Below are positions 1 to 14,009 of a stretch of 64,000 bases of DNA, piece by piece (position 1 is the first letter of the stretch; each line of letters opens with the position of its first letter). The position numbers were made by a program, and so were the translations under genes. The stretch covers positions 9,037,687 to 9,101,686 of the forward strand of contig NC_068988.1 in NCBI RefSeq assembly GCF_001194135.2, read 5' to 3'. A model generated the notes under the pieces. That model had not been told where the DNA came from. It saw only the letters and a program-made list of their open reading frames with translations, and made no database searches. Source of the stretch: Octopus bimaculoides (taxonomy: Eukaryota).

Positions 1-129
1 AAAAAAAAAAAAAAAAAAAAAAGAACAGATTTGGTTCTTTATAAACTAAAAGAGTTGATTTCTCTCATTTATTTAGAGAAGTCTTGTTTAAAAAAGCACA
101 GCGATGCCTTTTGCTGGTTAAATATTAGC

Positions 130-472
130 ATTTTACTTCTTTTCTCTTTTATTTGCATGTCATTAGATTGTGGCCATACTGGGGCATCGCATCAAGGAGA
201 TTTTAGCGGAACAAATCAATCCTGCACTTATTGCTGAACTACTAAAGTACAGGGGAACATAAACACACCAACACCAGTTATCAAGTGGTGGTGGTGGTGG
301 TGGGGAAAACACAGACACAAAGATACACACACATACACAAATATACATGACAGGCTTCTTTCAGTTTCCATGTATCAAATTCACTGACAAGGCCATAGTA
401 AAGGACACTTAACCTGAAGTGGGACTGAACCTGGAACCATGTGATTGGAAAGCAAGCTCCTTACCACACAGG
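130..472 (-). mobile_element. SINE AB (tRNA-like head, internal microsatellite, 3' module), decayed
   Basis: Both modules recognisable by similarity to 40183-40568. Confidence 0.7.
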
Positions 473-1458
473 TCTATGGCTCAAACATTGGATTACTAAT
501 AAAAATTTGTTTTACTAAATTCTTCCTTATTTCCAAAACTAGGAAGGTAGAATATTTCAACAGAAATATGGTAATGAAAGTGTTAAAGAAGAAAATGTGA
601 CACATATTTGCTTCCAGCAAACTGAAAAAATGAAAATAGACCAAAAAAAAAAAAAAGAGAGCTGTAATATAAAAAAAAAACCCCTCAAAATAACCCAAAA
701 AACTCCTCCCATTTCACGGTTGGCTGGGTCGGCTATGAAAATGCAAATGTCTGAATTTTTGCACAATCATTGAATGTATGGCCAAAACAGATGTAGAAAT
801 GAAAGAAAGAATGGGAGGAAGGAAGGAAGCAAGGAAGAAAGTGTGAAAGGAAGGAAGGAAGGACAAGTTTGGTTTGGAACAGGATGAGCTTTTTAAAGAA
901 CACATGGGAGGAATGAGAGTGTATCAATTACAAGGATTGCCTTGAAACAAAGAAGATTGAAGTGGTACATAAAACATGTGGTGTGTGACAGATGACTAAT
1001 GAGAGATGAGTAAGCAAATGGTTTAAGCATGTGACTGGATGGTGGTGGTGGTTGTTGTTGTTGTTGTGGTAGTGGTGATGATTGTTGTTTTGTATATTAT
1101 TTCTGATCAGGGTGTGTAAGCCTGTTAAGGCCATGTGACTTACTCTTTTCCTTTTCACCAGTAAGAGTAAGCAAAGGTGGTTATAGTGAAGAGGAGGGAG
1201 GGAGGGAGGAGGAGGAGGAGGAGGAGAAAAAGAATGTGGAAGATATATTAAAGTTGATGGGTATGGATGGAAGGAGGTACAATAAAACGAGTACACTGTC
1301 CAATAATGTACTCACATTATATGTACTCATATATATACATATACACAAACAGACACACACACACACAAATATATATATGTGTGTGTGTATATACACACAC
1401 ACACATAGACGTACATACACATGTATATATACACACATATAAAACATGCTTATCTACA

Positions 1459-1494
<36 letters not shown>

Positions 1495-2466
1495 TCTATA
1501 TACACATGTAGATGTAAGTATGTACATATATGTGTGTGTATACATGCATATATATTCTTTGTATTATATATATATATATATAATACAAAGAATATATATG
1601 CATGTATACACACACATATATGTACATACTNNNNNNNNNNNNNNNNNNNNNNNNNNNNNNNNNNNNNNNNNNNNNNNNNNNNNNNNNNNNNNNNNNNNNN
1701 NNNNNNNNNNNNNNNNNNNNNNNNNNNNNNNNNNNNNNNNNNNNNNNNNNNNNNNNNNNNNNNNNNNNNNNNNNNNNNNNNNNNNNNNNNNNNNNNNNNN
1801 NNNNNNNNNNNNNNNNNNNNNNNNNNNNNNNNNNNNNNNNNNNNNNNNNNNNNNNNNNNNNNNNNNNNNNNNNATATATATATATACACATATACATACA
1901 TCAACATACACATACATACATGTACAAATGCATACATATCTCCATGCTACACACCTCTAGCTCTGTACTCACCATCCAAAGTGGATGGAGGGGAGGAGGT
2001 GACGGAAGTGGGAATGGTTGTGGGAGGGGTAAATATATATGTATTAAAACATATATATAAAAATGAGGGGTGGAGGAAATAGGATGGTATGGAAAATGTT
2101 AAGACTGATACCAGTGGCTGTTGGTGGGAACAGCAGTGGCGGTGGTGGTGATAAGCCAGTGATGACCATCCATGATAATGATGATGATGATGATGATATG
2201 CTTGAGGGTATAAATAAAACTCTTGGAGAAAATTCCTTTAATTGAAATTCTCTCTTGTAATTTACAACTTTAATATAAAAGAGAGCAAAACAAATACATA
2301 CATAAACTGCAAAAAATTTAAATGATGATGATGATGATGATGATAAAACCCACAGGTTTCCCATTCAAAATTTTGGGATAAGATTCATAAATATCTTACG
2401 TTGTAAATTTTCTCCGCGAAATTCATGCAATCATAATTTTGATAAAATTCATATTTTTCAGAAATC

Positions 2467-2498
<32 letters not shown>

Positions 2499-2789
2499 AC
2501 CAAACAGAAAAAGAACCCCTCCCCCCACCCCACTCCCGGCTGAAACTGCAAACAACGAATGTGTATGTACAAGCATGTATGTATGTATGTGTGTGAGTGT
2601 GTATATATGTGTCTCGACAGATATTATGGGAATATAATATGTTTACAATATTCTTAAGAGATCTTCTGCGATAAACAACACAAATGGTATTATAAGAAAG
2701 ATTTTCTGGCTACTTTTAGGGCTTCTTGAGGAGAGAAGAGAGATTAATGGGTACATTGTGTGTGTGTGTGTACGTACCTTTTTTTTCCA

Positions 2790-2985
2790 TATACTTGTTT
2801 TGAGTCATTTGACTGTGGCCATGCTGGAGCACCGCCTTTAGTCGAGCAAATCGACCCCAGAGCTTATTCTTTGTAAGCCTAGTACTCATTCTATCGGATC
2901 CCATTTGCTGAACTGCTAAGCTACGGGGACGTAAACACACCAGCATCGGTTGTCAAGCGATGTTGGGTGGACAAACAAAGATACA
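2790..2985 (-). mobile_element. SINE AB, 3' (B) module
   Basis: High similarity to the reverse complement of 40370-40568. Confidence 0.85.
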
Positions 2986-3506
2986 CACACATACACATAT
3001 ATACAGTGTCACACAAATTGGCACTCATGCCAGTGGCACGCAATTGCACCCCAGTGTCACACAAATGACATCTGTGTTGGTGGCATGTAAAAGAACCCAT
3101 TACATTCTTAGAGTGGGTGGCATTAGGAAGGGCATCCAGCTGTAGAAAACCATGTGAAATTAGGCTGGAATCTGGTACAGCCTTCCAGTATGCCAGCCCA
3201 GTGAAATCGTCCAACCCATGCCAGCAAGGATAACGGACGTTAAATGATGATGATTGTGATGTCTATTGTGAAACAACCAAAAAAGGGGCAATTTGTGTAG
3301 GGGGAGGGGTTCGACTAAAACCAACAAATCCTTGCACACAGACACAGAGATCATACACACACACACACACACAGATCATATGCACATACATACACAAAGA
3401 TCATATGCATAGTTTGCTAAAAGTCCTTTGAGAATCTCAATGTGCTTCAAAAGAATCTCTGGGCAAACATTAGTGCCGTGTGAATGTTTTCGCACACAAG
3501 CCCTAG

Positions 3507-3541
<35 letters not shown>

Positions 3542-5518
3542 GCACGCACACACATACATAGTCATAGAGACATGCAAATACAAACACAGGTACCAGTTTG
3601 TAGCAGGGTCCACAAAGACAGGGCTGTGTGTGTGTGTGTGGAGGGGGGGGAGTAGAGGTCCAATAGCAACAGGAAATGGCTCTCTGAAGAATGCAGGAAG
3701 GAAAAAAAGGACAAAAAAAAAAGACTAAATGGTGAAGGGGAGAGGAGGAACAAGTAAGAATTCCTGAATATTATGCAGCAGCCAGTGCAAGTTGAGGGTA
3801 GAGAATAAGAGAAGAAGAGGGTGATGAGGTGATGATGTGATATTTGGCAGATTTACAGAGAATGACGAGATCACCTGGTGCACCGAGATGCACCAATATG
3901 CACCGGAACTGCTAAACAGGACGGATGAGTGACGATGATCTAATGCTTGGCCATGTCAGTAGAGAATGATGGTAGATTAGGATTAGCTGTCTTAGTAACA
4001 AAACATGATTAATTGATGGTGGTGGGGGTGGGTGGAGGAAGGCTCGAGAAGGAAGTGGGGGCGTGATGGTAGTAGAAGTGGGGGTGATTATATAATGGTT
4101 TGGTTTTAAGGAAGGAAGGAAGGGCAAAAATATTTTGAGAACTGTTGTGTTGGAATGAAAAGGTTCTCTCTCATTCTCTTTTTCTCTCGAATACATTCTC
4201 CTTATGTAAAAGCTTACACATCACACACACACAAAATAGTATCATGTGATTAACCAGACTATTGAATGTTGTTATACATCACTGAACACAATGCGCTTTG
4301 CTTTGTTTTTAGCCTTCAAGTGATGCCACCCCACTGGGTAGGTGAGCATGCCAACACATTCCCTCTAATTAGAAGGCTATTCCATCAGAGTTACCTATGT
4401 ACAGGTGAGTGGACAGGAGCAATCATCGTTTATCATCATCATTGTTTAACATCCGCTTTCCATGCTAGCATGGGTTGGANNNNNNNNNNNNNNNNNNNNN
4501 NNNNNNNNNNNNNNNNNNNNNNNNNNNNNNNNNNNNNNNNNNNNNNNNNNNNNNNNNNNNNNNNNNNNNNNNNNNNNNNNNNNNNNNNNNNNNNNNNNNN
4601 NNNNNNNNNNNNNNNNNNNNNNNNNNNNNNNNNNNNNNNNNNNNNNNNNNNNNNNNNNNNNNNNNNNNNNNNNNNNNNNNNNNNNNNNNNNNNNNNACAC
4701 ATGCATGCACATCTTCATCACGTTCACTTTTCCATGCTAGCATGGGTCAGAGGAATCCACAGAGGCATTTTCTATGTCCACATGCCCTTCCCAACACCAA
4801 CCATTACCTGTTTTAATTGAGATTAGTATAAACCTTCAACTCTTAAACATGCAATGTTTGGCCCAAATACCCGACATGTTTTACGCTCAAACTAACCAGA
4901 TCTGACCTCTCACACTTACCCTACAATGTCATTTTAAAAAATAAGCAACCACATCATCGAAATCTTGAAGCTAAGTGATGATGCATGCTTCATTCAAAGT
5001 GATGCAAATAATCAAGAATTACATTTGGCAGATTCCTCTGCCAAATGGCAGAAGAATCTGCCAAGTGCTAAATGACTAAAACATGAAATTTGTACCATAG
5101 AAGCTGGGGTGGTTACAGGCAAGTTGGTGACAAAGAGGTGAATTCTAAATTTGCACAATAAACTGAGTGAAGTCTTACCAAACAATTGAGAATGGTGCCA
5201 AGGTTAGAACACCAGAATAGTTACCAAACATTTGGATCTCATTTGAGATGTAAACAGGAGCTTGTAAGAGATATATTTACAAGTCCCAGAGACCTGTTTG
5301 TTTGTTCGGCAATTGTAAATTTTATTCATTACAACTGTATTGTGTATATTAAATATCATAATTGCTTAGAAAAAAATACACACACACACAAATATATATA
5401 TATATATTTGAGCATATGTGTATACAATATATGCACACACAAGCATGCAGGCGTAGTTATGTGGTTAAGAATTGCAACAATGTCGCTTTGAGTTCAGTAA
5501 CACTGTGTACCCTCTTGA

Positions 5519-5549
<31 letters not shown>

Positions 5550-5834
5550 TAAAAAGTGCCCTGCACACTGTCTTAAGTGGTTGGCATTAGGAAGGGCATC
5601 CAACCATAGAAACCATGACACAACAGATAGCTGGAGTTGGGATGGCTCCTGGCCAGTCAGCTCCATGTCAAACCGTCCAACCCATGCCAGCATAGAAAGT
5701 GGATGTTAAACGATGATGATGACGATGATGACACACATACGATGGGCTTCCAGACAGTTTCAATCTATCAAAATTCTTACACAAGGCATTTGTCGGTCTG
5801 TCTGGAAGGGGGTGGGGGCATAGTAGAAGACACT

Positions 5835-6244
5835 TACTCTTTACTCTCTCTTTACTCTTTTACTTGTTTTAGTCATTTGACTGTGGCCATGCTGGAGCAC
5901 CGCCTTTCGTCGAGCAAATCGACCCCAGGACTTATTCTTTGTAAGCCTAGTACTTATTCTATTGGTCTCTTTTGTCAAACTGCTAAGTTACGGGGACGTA
6001 AACACACCAGCATCGGTTGTCAAGTGATGTTGGGGGGACAAACATATGCACACACACACACACATATATATACATACATACGACAGGCTTTTTTCAGTTT
6101 CCGTCTACCAGATCCACTCACAAGGCTTTGGTCGGCCCGAGGCTATAGTAGAAGACACTTGACCACGGTGCCACGCAGTGGGACCGAAGCCGGAACCATG
6201 CGGTTCGTAAGCAAGTTACTTACCACACAGCCACTCCTAAGCCT
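5835..6244 (-). mobile_element. SINE AB, full length
   Basis: Head aggagtggctgtgtggtaag...ggttccggcttcggtcccact (A/B-box-like), internal (CA/TA)n, B module, (TAAAGAG)n tail. Confidence 0.9.
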
Positions 6245-6372
6245 ACTTGCTCAATGTGGCATGGAGTGGGACTGAACCAGATATCCTAATTATTGCAGAG
6301 CGAGCGTTTCAACTACACAGACATTGAATATCACAATTGGCAAATATGAAGTCATTCGAATTACAACTCAAA

Positions 6373-6415
<43 letters not shown>

Positions 6416-6845
6416 GAGAAAAGAATTGGTTCCACTTTTAACATTAAACCAATCATATTAGTTTCCACCAGTTTTGACTTAACGACCCACTCACTTTAAT
6501 ACAAATTAATTTTGAAATCGGAATATAAGGAATCTCACAAAAGAAATGAACTTTTAACCTTTTTCGGAAGGAGAAATTTGCTGTTTTTAATCACAAACCA
6601 CTAATTCGATCAATTTACAAAGAAAAGTTAGAAAAATTTGGTGAATGATTGTTTTTGTTTGAAGGTATGTGTGTATATGTGTGCATGGTGTGTATATATG
6701 TGTGTGTACAGGTATGTGTACAGGTATGGTGAATATTGTGTGTGTACAATGCATGTGTGTGTACGTATGCATCTGTGTGTATATATATGTATGTGTGTAT
6801 ATGTGTATGCGTATAGGTGTGTATGGCTATGTGTGCACGTATGTA

Positions 6846-6942
<97 letters not shown>

Positions 6943-7957
6943 TATATATACATACATACATATACATGTATGTATATATATACATATGTATATGTATATN
7001 NNNNNNNNNNNNNNNNNNNNNNNNNNNNNNNNNNNNNNNNNNNNNNNNNNNNNNNNNNNNNNNNNNNNNNNNNNNNNNNNNNNNNNNNNNNNNNNNNNNN
7101 NNNNNNNNNNNNNNNNNNNNNNNNNNNNNNNNNNNNNNNNNNNNNNNNNNNNNNNNNNNNNNNNNNNNNNNNNNNNNNNNNNNNNNNNNNNNNNNNNNNN
7201 NNNNNNNNNNNNNNNNNNNNNNNNNNNNNNNNNNNNNNNNNNNNNNNNNNNNNNNNNNNNNNNNNNNNNNNNNNNNNNNNNNNNNNNNNNNNNNNNNNNN
7301 NNNNNNNNNNNNNNNNNNNNNNNNNNNNNNNNNNNNNNNNNNNNNNNNNNNNNNNNNNNNNNNNNNNNNNNNNNNNNNNNNNNNNNNNNNNNNNNNNNNN
7401 NNNNNNNNNNNNNNNNAAATCAATTATTACCTTCAACTATCACAATTGCTATTATTATCAATTGCTGCTGCTACCACCAGCAGCAGCAGTACTGCCACCA
7501 CAATTATCACTATGTCAATCACCCTTTATGCCAGCCACCACCACCACCACCATCACCACTGTCATATTCATCTCCATCACCACAATTACTGCCATGTCAG
7601 TTACCATGGCTCCCACCACCACCACTACCTTCCCCCCCACCTTCCACTACCACCATGCCCACCACCCCTAAAATTATTACAACGATCAAACATTATTATC
7701 TCTATCATTATCATTTTTTGATAATAGTCATTATAGTTTGGAGCTTGATCAAATCCCTTCACAAAGCAGATCTATCCTTTAATCACAGCTAATCCACCCA
7801 CGACCATCCCATCTTGTTCAACTGGCACTATATTATCCAATATGCCTTTCTTGTTATTGTTTTTTTTTTTAAGATAGAAGTAATTTGATGGGCAATTGAC
7901 TGCTATTTCTAGCAGGGCAAGTGACTACAAGACTTCCTTAGACTTATTTCAACAAAA

Positions 7958-8260
7958 GATGTTGTTATCATCGTTGCTGTTTAACCCTAGGTCGGACCTG
8001 TGACCAAAGACGTTCCTACCACGACCAACACTCTGGATGACATCGTCAAATCAAATGGAAGTTTCTTGTTACTATTGCTGCTTAGCCCTAGGTCAGAAAT
8101 GTGATTAAAGACTTTCCAGTAATGACCAACACCCTAGATGGCATTACCAAATCACACAGGTGTGCTTTGTTGCTGTGTCTGCTTAACCTTTTATCAGACA
8201 TGTGATCAAAGAGCTTCTGGCCATGACCAACACCTTGGATGACATTATCAAATCAAACAC
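7958..8260 (+). repeat. Three degenerate tandem copies (about 102 bp) of dispersed repeat F
   Basis: gctg.tta.ccctaggtc...tgtga..aaaga...atgaccaacac..t.gatg.cat..caaatca x3; related single copies at 20680-20760(+) and 47140-47215(-). Confidence 0.7.
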
Positions 8261-8554
8261 ATTCCTTAAAATAGTAGGTTGTCATATATGAGGGCGGGAT
8301 TTGGTTGCTATTGCTAGCAGATCAGTCAAGCTGCTACATAAAGACACCTACACAAGTGGACCCATTTCACAGTTCAGTCTTGGCCAAGGGACCACATGGA
8401 ATCTCCTTTACTGAAGAGGTATCAAATTACAGGAGAGCTCAGTCTGTGATTTACTGTTACAATTCCTGGTTGATATTGCTTCGCTTCACATAACCTCCTC
8501 CCTTCCGATTCCATTAGAAGCTACTGTCATTATATTGACTTTTAAAAAATCTTT

Positions 8555-8950
8555 TGTTTCAGTCATCAGACTGCAGCCATGCTGGAGCACCTTAGAGAAT
8601 TTGTTAGTCAAATGAATCAACTCCAGTATATATACATATATATATATATATATATTTAAAGTTTACAACTTATTCTCTTGGTGTCTCATGCTGAACCACT
8701 AAGTTACAGGGGCGTAAATGTAAACACACCAACACTGGCCATTTGGTGACGATGGGGACAAACACACACACACACACACACANNNNNNNNNNNNNNNNNN
8801 NNNNNNNNNNNNNNNNNNNNNNNNNNNNNNNNNNNNNNNNNNNNNNNNNNNNNNNNNNNNNNNNNNNNNNNNNNNNAAAATCCACCCACAAGGCCAAGGT
8901 TGGACTGGAACTCAGAACCATGTGGTCGGGAAGCGAGCTTCTAAAACAGT
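8555..8950 (-). mobile_element. SINE AB spanning an N-gap
   Basis: B module at 8555-8765, (CA)n, gap, deleted head at 8877-8950. Confidence 0.7.
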
Positions 8951-9239
8951 CTTCACCACAACCACCACCACCACCACCACCACCACCATCACAACTACCA
9001 AGACCACCACCCCACCCCCACCACTGCCAGGCTTCGGTCAGTTGTGAAGAGAATTTCTCAGATTAAGACCATGAACTGTAATGGTCAATATTTATTGGAG
9101 AAGAGAGATTTTTTAACTTCAATACTTTTCTGGGGTGGATTAAAAGGGTAGCAGTTGGGTACTGAGGGGTCTATTTCATTCAGTCATTGTTTTAATAACA
9201 TATAAGAACAAAATAAAAATTCTTTAAAAAACTCAAAAA

Positions 9240-9399
9240 CACACCACCACCACAACTATCATCATCATCATCATCACTACCAACACCAGTGGTGATGCTT
9301 GTGGTAGTAGTCGCAATAACAGCAGCAACAGTAGTAGTATTAGTAGTAGTAGTTGTAGTAGAAGTAGTAGTAGTTGTAGTAGCAGTAGTTGTTGTAGTA

Positions 9400-9436
<37 letters not shown>

Positions 9437-9640
9437 CTGTAGTATTAGTAGTTGTAGTAGTAGATGTAGTAGTAGTTGTAGTAGTAGATGTAGTAGTAGT
9501 AGTAGTACCAGCAATAATAGTAGTAGTTGTAGTAGTAGTAGTAGTACCAGCAATAGTAGTGGTAGTAGTAGTAGCAGTAGTATTAACAGCAGCAGTAGTA
9601 GTAGTAGTAGTAGTAGCAGCAGCAGTTATAATAGTAGTAA
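9240..9640. repeat. Long compound (GTA/GCA/GTT)n trinucleotide repeat
   Basis: Read directly. Confidence 0.95.
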
Positions 9641-11758
9641 GAGGTTAAGGGTTGTGTCAATGATAACAACAGCATTTTCTCTAGAAACTCTCAGATTCAC
9701 CAAAACATTATCATTATTGTTGTTGTTCTTGCTGATGTTGTTGTAAAGTCTGATAATGGAAATTGGAAATGCCAAGATATTGTCAAAAAGAAAAAAAAAA
9801 ATTCAAAAATAAATAATGAGAAATATATTTCTGCCATCTTCATATTACTTTTATTCGTCGTTAATTATAATGGTAATAATAATAATAATAATAATAATTA
9901 TTATTATTATTGCAGTCCTTTTTAAGTCGTTAGTTTGTTTTAATTAATTCTAGTGTTTGTCAGATCAACAACAACAACAAAAAAAAAATTTACAGAATAA
10001 AAAAGTCTGTAAGGTAAAAAGTAAAGAGAAAAAAAAAGCACCAAAAATAAAAAGGGTAACTATAAATAAGTAGAAACTGAGGTTTATTGAGAAATGTCAA
10101 AGGTGGTAGGGGAGGGGCATGGAGACATGAGTAGTGGTGAGAGGAAGAAAGAATGTAGGTATGTGTATGTGTGTGAGAGAAAGTCAGAGTAAGAGTGTGT
10201 GTGGTGGGAGAGAGAGAGGGAGAGACAGTGTGAAAGAAAGCGGTCGTATGTATGTGTGTGTGTGTGAGAGAGAGAGACAGGGAGGGTAAGAGAGTGAAAA
10301 GCTGTGTGTGTGTGTGTGAGGGAGAGAGAACGACACTATGTGAGAGGATGAGAAAGAGAGAGAGAGGGAAAAACAGTATGTGAAAGAGAGAAAGAAGGAC
10401 AGTGAATGGGTGTGCGTGAGAGGGAGACAGAGAGTGGGTCTATTTAAAGATTTGACAATCGCAAAAAGATTACATCAACTGAGATGCACACACAAACGCA
10501 GACACGCACTAGTACATGTGCACACATGAGACAACGAGAAATAAACGCAGGGTCAAGAGTAAATCAAAGTTCCTGACAAGCATTCTGCCGCATCTGAGAT
10601 TCACCTTGACCACTGTCCACTCTCTCTCCCTCAGAAAACAAACTTCATTTTACAACTGTCCCACATATGTATTTATTCAGTTTAATTTATAAAAGCAAAC
10701 TTAAATAATAAGTCAAACAAGTTGCCAAAATGCATGACTTATGCAAATCAGTTTCGCCTATTTAGAGCCCTTGATAATGGACTATATATATATACATACA
10801 CACACACACGCGCATTTTTATGTGTAAGTGCTCTTTGGGATAGTAATGGATGGATACTCAGTTGCTGATGAGATCACTGAATAGGAATGAAACCAGCCTT
10901 GTCCATTTATTTCAGCTTAATTTACAAATGTTGGTTGAAATCTATAGATTTATTTTATATTTCATAATGCCGCTTAAACAAAACAATTAGCACATCATTA
11001 ATTTATTTACTGAACTAGCTGCTGAGAATGCTAATAATGTCTTGAAGGAAAATATGGTCATGGAAGATCTTTTACAAAGAAACAGTTCTAGAATAAAGAG
11101 TTTGAGAAATTCCTTTCATAATGGAACTTAGGGGTGAGATACAGAAGGAATGCTGGTGAGAGGTAGATGGTATGACTGGATTGGTGGAAATAATGAGATA
11201 TGGATTGCTTGTTCAAAGGATCAGCAACTATTGTTAATTACAGTAGCAATTACAGAATCTGCAATGCCTGTGTGTGTGTTGGTTTGCCCTAAAAGTCAGA
11301 TAATTGGTATGGATTAAATGAAATCGCAGTGGAATGCTTTGGAAGTAGCTGGCGCTATATTGGAGATGAGAGGAATAATTATATTAATTATATTTATTAA
11401 TGTTAAAGAGAAAACCCTACGTTGCCACAGTAAAAGTACACTAACGAAGATACAATAAGCTAGAGTTAACAAATATAGACAAAAGTACAAATACAAATGT
11501 GTGTGTATGTGTGTGTGTGTGTGTGTCTGAACATGTGTGTGTGTAGTAAATACAATAAACATCAGAAAGAATTGCACAGTAAGAACAAGGTTGACAAATT
11601 TGGTATTAGCTTGATGCATTAGATAGAAAAAAGATGGTGTCTTAACGTTTTGGTCATTAGTCCTTCATCAGAACAAAAACTTGAAATCTGTGTAGTTAAG
11701 AAGCTTGCTTCACAACTCTGTGAAGCTTCAGTCCCACTGGATGGCAAACTGACAGAAG

Positions 11759-11813
<55 letters not shown>

Positions 11814-12387
11814 GATTGGAGCCTGGTGTTGCCATCCGGTTTCACCAGTCCTCAGTCAAATCGTCCAACCCATGCTAGCATGGAAAGCGGACGTTAAACG
11901 ATGATGATGATGATGATATATATATATATGTAATACGACAAATTGTTTTGTAACTTAAAAGCATGTAAATAATTTATATTATATTCACATGTCTATTATA
12001 TTATTATATTTAGATGTTTTTAAGTTATGAAACAATTTGTTGTGATATTAGAATTTTCACACACACACTGATACACATCTGTGCCAGTCTGTCTCATATA
12101 TTTTAACCTCTCGACAACTAGCATAAAGTCACTTCTCCCTCTACTTCAACCTCACTCAGTTGAGGGAGCCTCTTTGGTTTTGCACAAGTGCAGGTGTCAC
12201 GAAAAAGGAGGTAGAGTACTCTCTGTGAAATGGTTGGCATTAGATGGGTATCCAGCAACAAAAACCTTTCTAAAGGTGACACCGGACCTCAACACCATCC
12301 TCTGGCTAATTGGATTCTGTCAAGCCATCCAACCCATGCCAGCACAAAGACAGATGTTACATAATTATATGTGTGTGTGTGTGTGTG

Positions 12388-12550
12388 GTTGAATATATTT
12401 TACGACAGATGTTTCGGTAGAATTTTATTGATGTATTCACAGATAACATCATAGCAGATATTCCACCATATGGTGAATTATACGCCATGGTATAATCTAT
12501 GAAATACACCAATAAAATACTACCGAAACAGCTGTTGTGAATTTTAAACC
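12388..12550. mobile_element. Foldback / MITE-like palindromic element
   Basis: About 44-bp imperfect inverted arms (12402-12444 vs 12495-12538) around a spacer containing the palindrome CACCATATGGTG. Confidence 0.7.
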
Positions 12551-13411
12551 TTATTTATGTTCTTTTTTTATTCCACATTTATTCCCTATTATGTACCTAT
12601 GTTGCACCTACAACCAGCCCTTCAGATCTTCCATTTAAATAGGAACTGACACTCACACATCTACAGTATCCTATCAACACATAATACCTTCACTGTAAAC
12701 CCTATGTTATTGCACCTAGCCACTTCTGGCCTCCTACATGCTGATGTGCCTGGATTCTAACGAATCCTGTAACTAATCAATATGTTTAGATGTATATTAT
12801 GAAATTTCATGATTGGTGTCTGACCAATTCTCTAACCCGTTCATCAACTGTTTAGTCAGACGATAAATATGCATGGACAGTATCTTCCAGCAAAATAAGC
12901 GAGGTAGGGAAGGGTCGAGTAGGTTTAAGCTGATGGAACTTGCAGGAAGTCTACGAAGAGCCAGACTCTTGTCAAACAATGTCTTTTGCTCAGCTGGTGA
13001 CATTTCTGAAAGATGATAGTTCCTTGTGGCCATGTATGTTTTTTTATCGATTTTGTTTTTTTTAGGATAAATGAAAACCATTTTATTTTATTCATGGAAA
13101 ATACTACAGTCTTTCTCCTCTCTCTCTCTCTCACACACACACACACATCTAATGAGGTAGACAGACATAGACAAACAGACAGAAACTCCTCGTTGATCTA
13201 TACCTTTTGCTTTGAATGGAATACAATAGCAAAAAAAAAAAAAAAACTGTGCAGAAGCCTGGTATGTGCATGTGTGTGTCTGCGTGTGTTTCGGAAAATT
13301 TTGATGTATTACTGCTGTAAACGTTAAGTCATCATCTAACACAAAAACTATTGTTTTCTATAAAGCCAACACCACTGACGGCTACTTAGAGATAATAATA
13401 ATAATAATAAT

Positions 13412-13446
<35 letters not shown>

Positions 13447-13462
13447 TAATAACAATAATAAT

Positions 13463-13668
13463 ATTCTTTTCTACTCTAGGCACAAGCCCCGAAATTTTGG
13501 GAGAGGGGGCCAGTCGATTACAGTATGCAACTGGTACTTAATTTATCGACCCCTAAAGGATGAAAGGCAAAGCCGACCTCGGCAGAATTTGAACTCAGAA
13601 CGTAAAGGCAGACGAAATACTGCTAAGCATTTCGCCCTGTGTGCTAACGTTTCTGCCAGCTCGCTGCC
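13463..13668 (-). mobile_element. SINE D (tRNA-like head, Nin/Deu-like central domain, (TTA)n tail)
   Basis: Minus strand gagctggcagaaacgttagc...gagttcaaattctgccgagg (B box)...gcctttcatcctttaggggtcgataaattaagtaccag...gaaaagaatattatt. Confidence 0.9.
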
Positions 13669-13774
13669 AAATAATAATAATGTTGTTCACATCATAAGAC
13701 TGATTTTTTTCTCTGCAGTATTTACATGTTATCATTTATAGCTTTATCTCTTTCGAGAACCAGTTTCAAAATTA

Positions 13775-14005
13775 TTAATACCTTATTGGCCACAAGGGCC
13801 AAAAACATATTTAAGACATTACAAAGACAAAGAGCAGTGGGGATTTACATAAACATATATAGATAATTTTAAAAAAATAAACAAATATGATTAATGAGAA
13901 ATGAAATAACAAAATTGTCTTGTTAGGAAGAGAGTATTAGCCAGGGGCAACCAAGGAACCTCAATGACTGGGGATCAAGCCCAGGGTGCTACATGGATGT
14001 GTCAT
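13775..14005 (-). mobile_element. Tx1-type LINE 3' UTR fragment
   Basis: Minus end ggcccttgtggccaataaggtatta; cagtgggga and ggggcaaccaagga blocks shared with 35830-36000. Confidence 0.55.
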
Positions 14006-14009
14006 TTTA

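Noticed and set aside
4311-4404. Plus-strand pseudo-exon (ttgtttttag ... CAG|gtgagt)
   Set aside because: Good splice consensus, but the 30-aa product is unrecognisable and there are no partner exons
9233-9648. Poly-Leu and poly-Val 'membrane' ORFs
   Set aside because: Direct product of the (GTA)n repeat
12797-13005. Minus-strand acceptor-like tatcatctttcag followed by a 69-codon open frame
   Set aside because: No recognisable homology, and its phase does not match the phase-0 glypican donor; cannot be supported without RNA data
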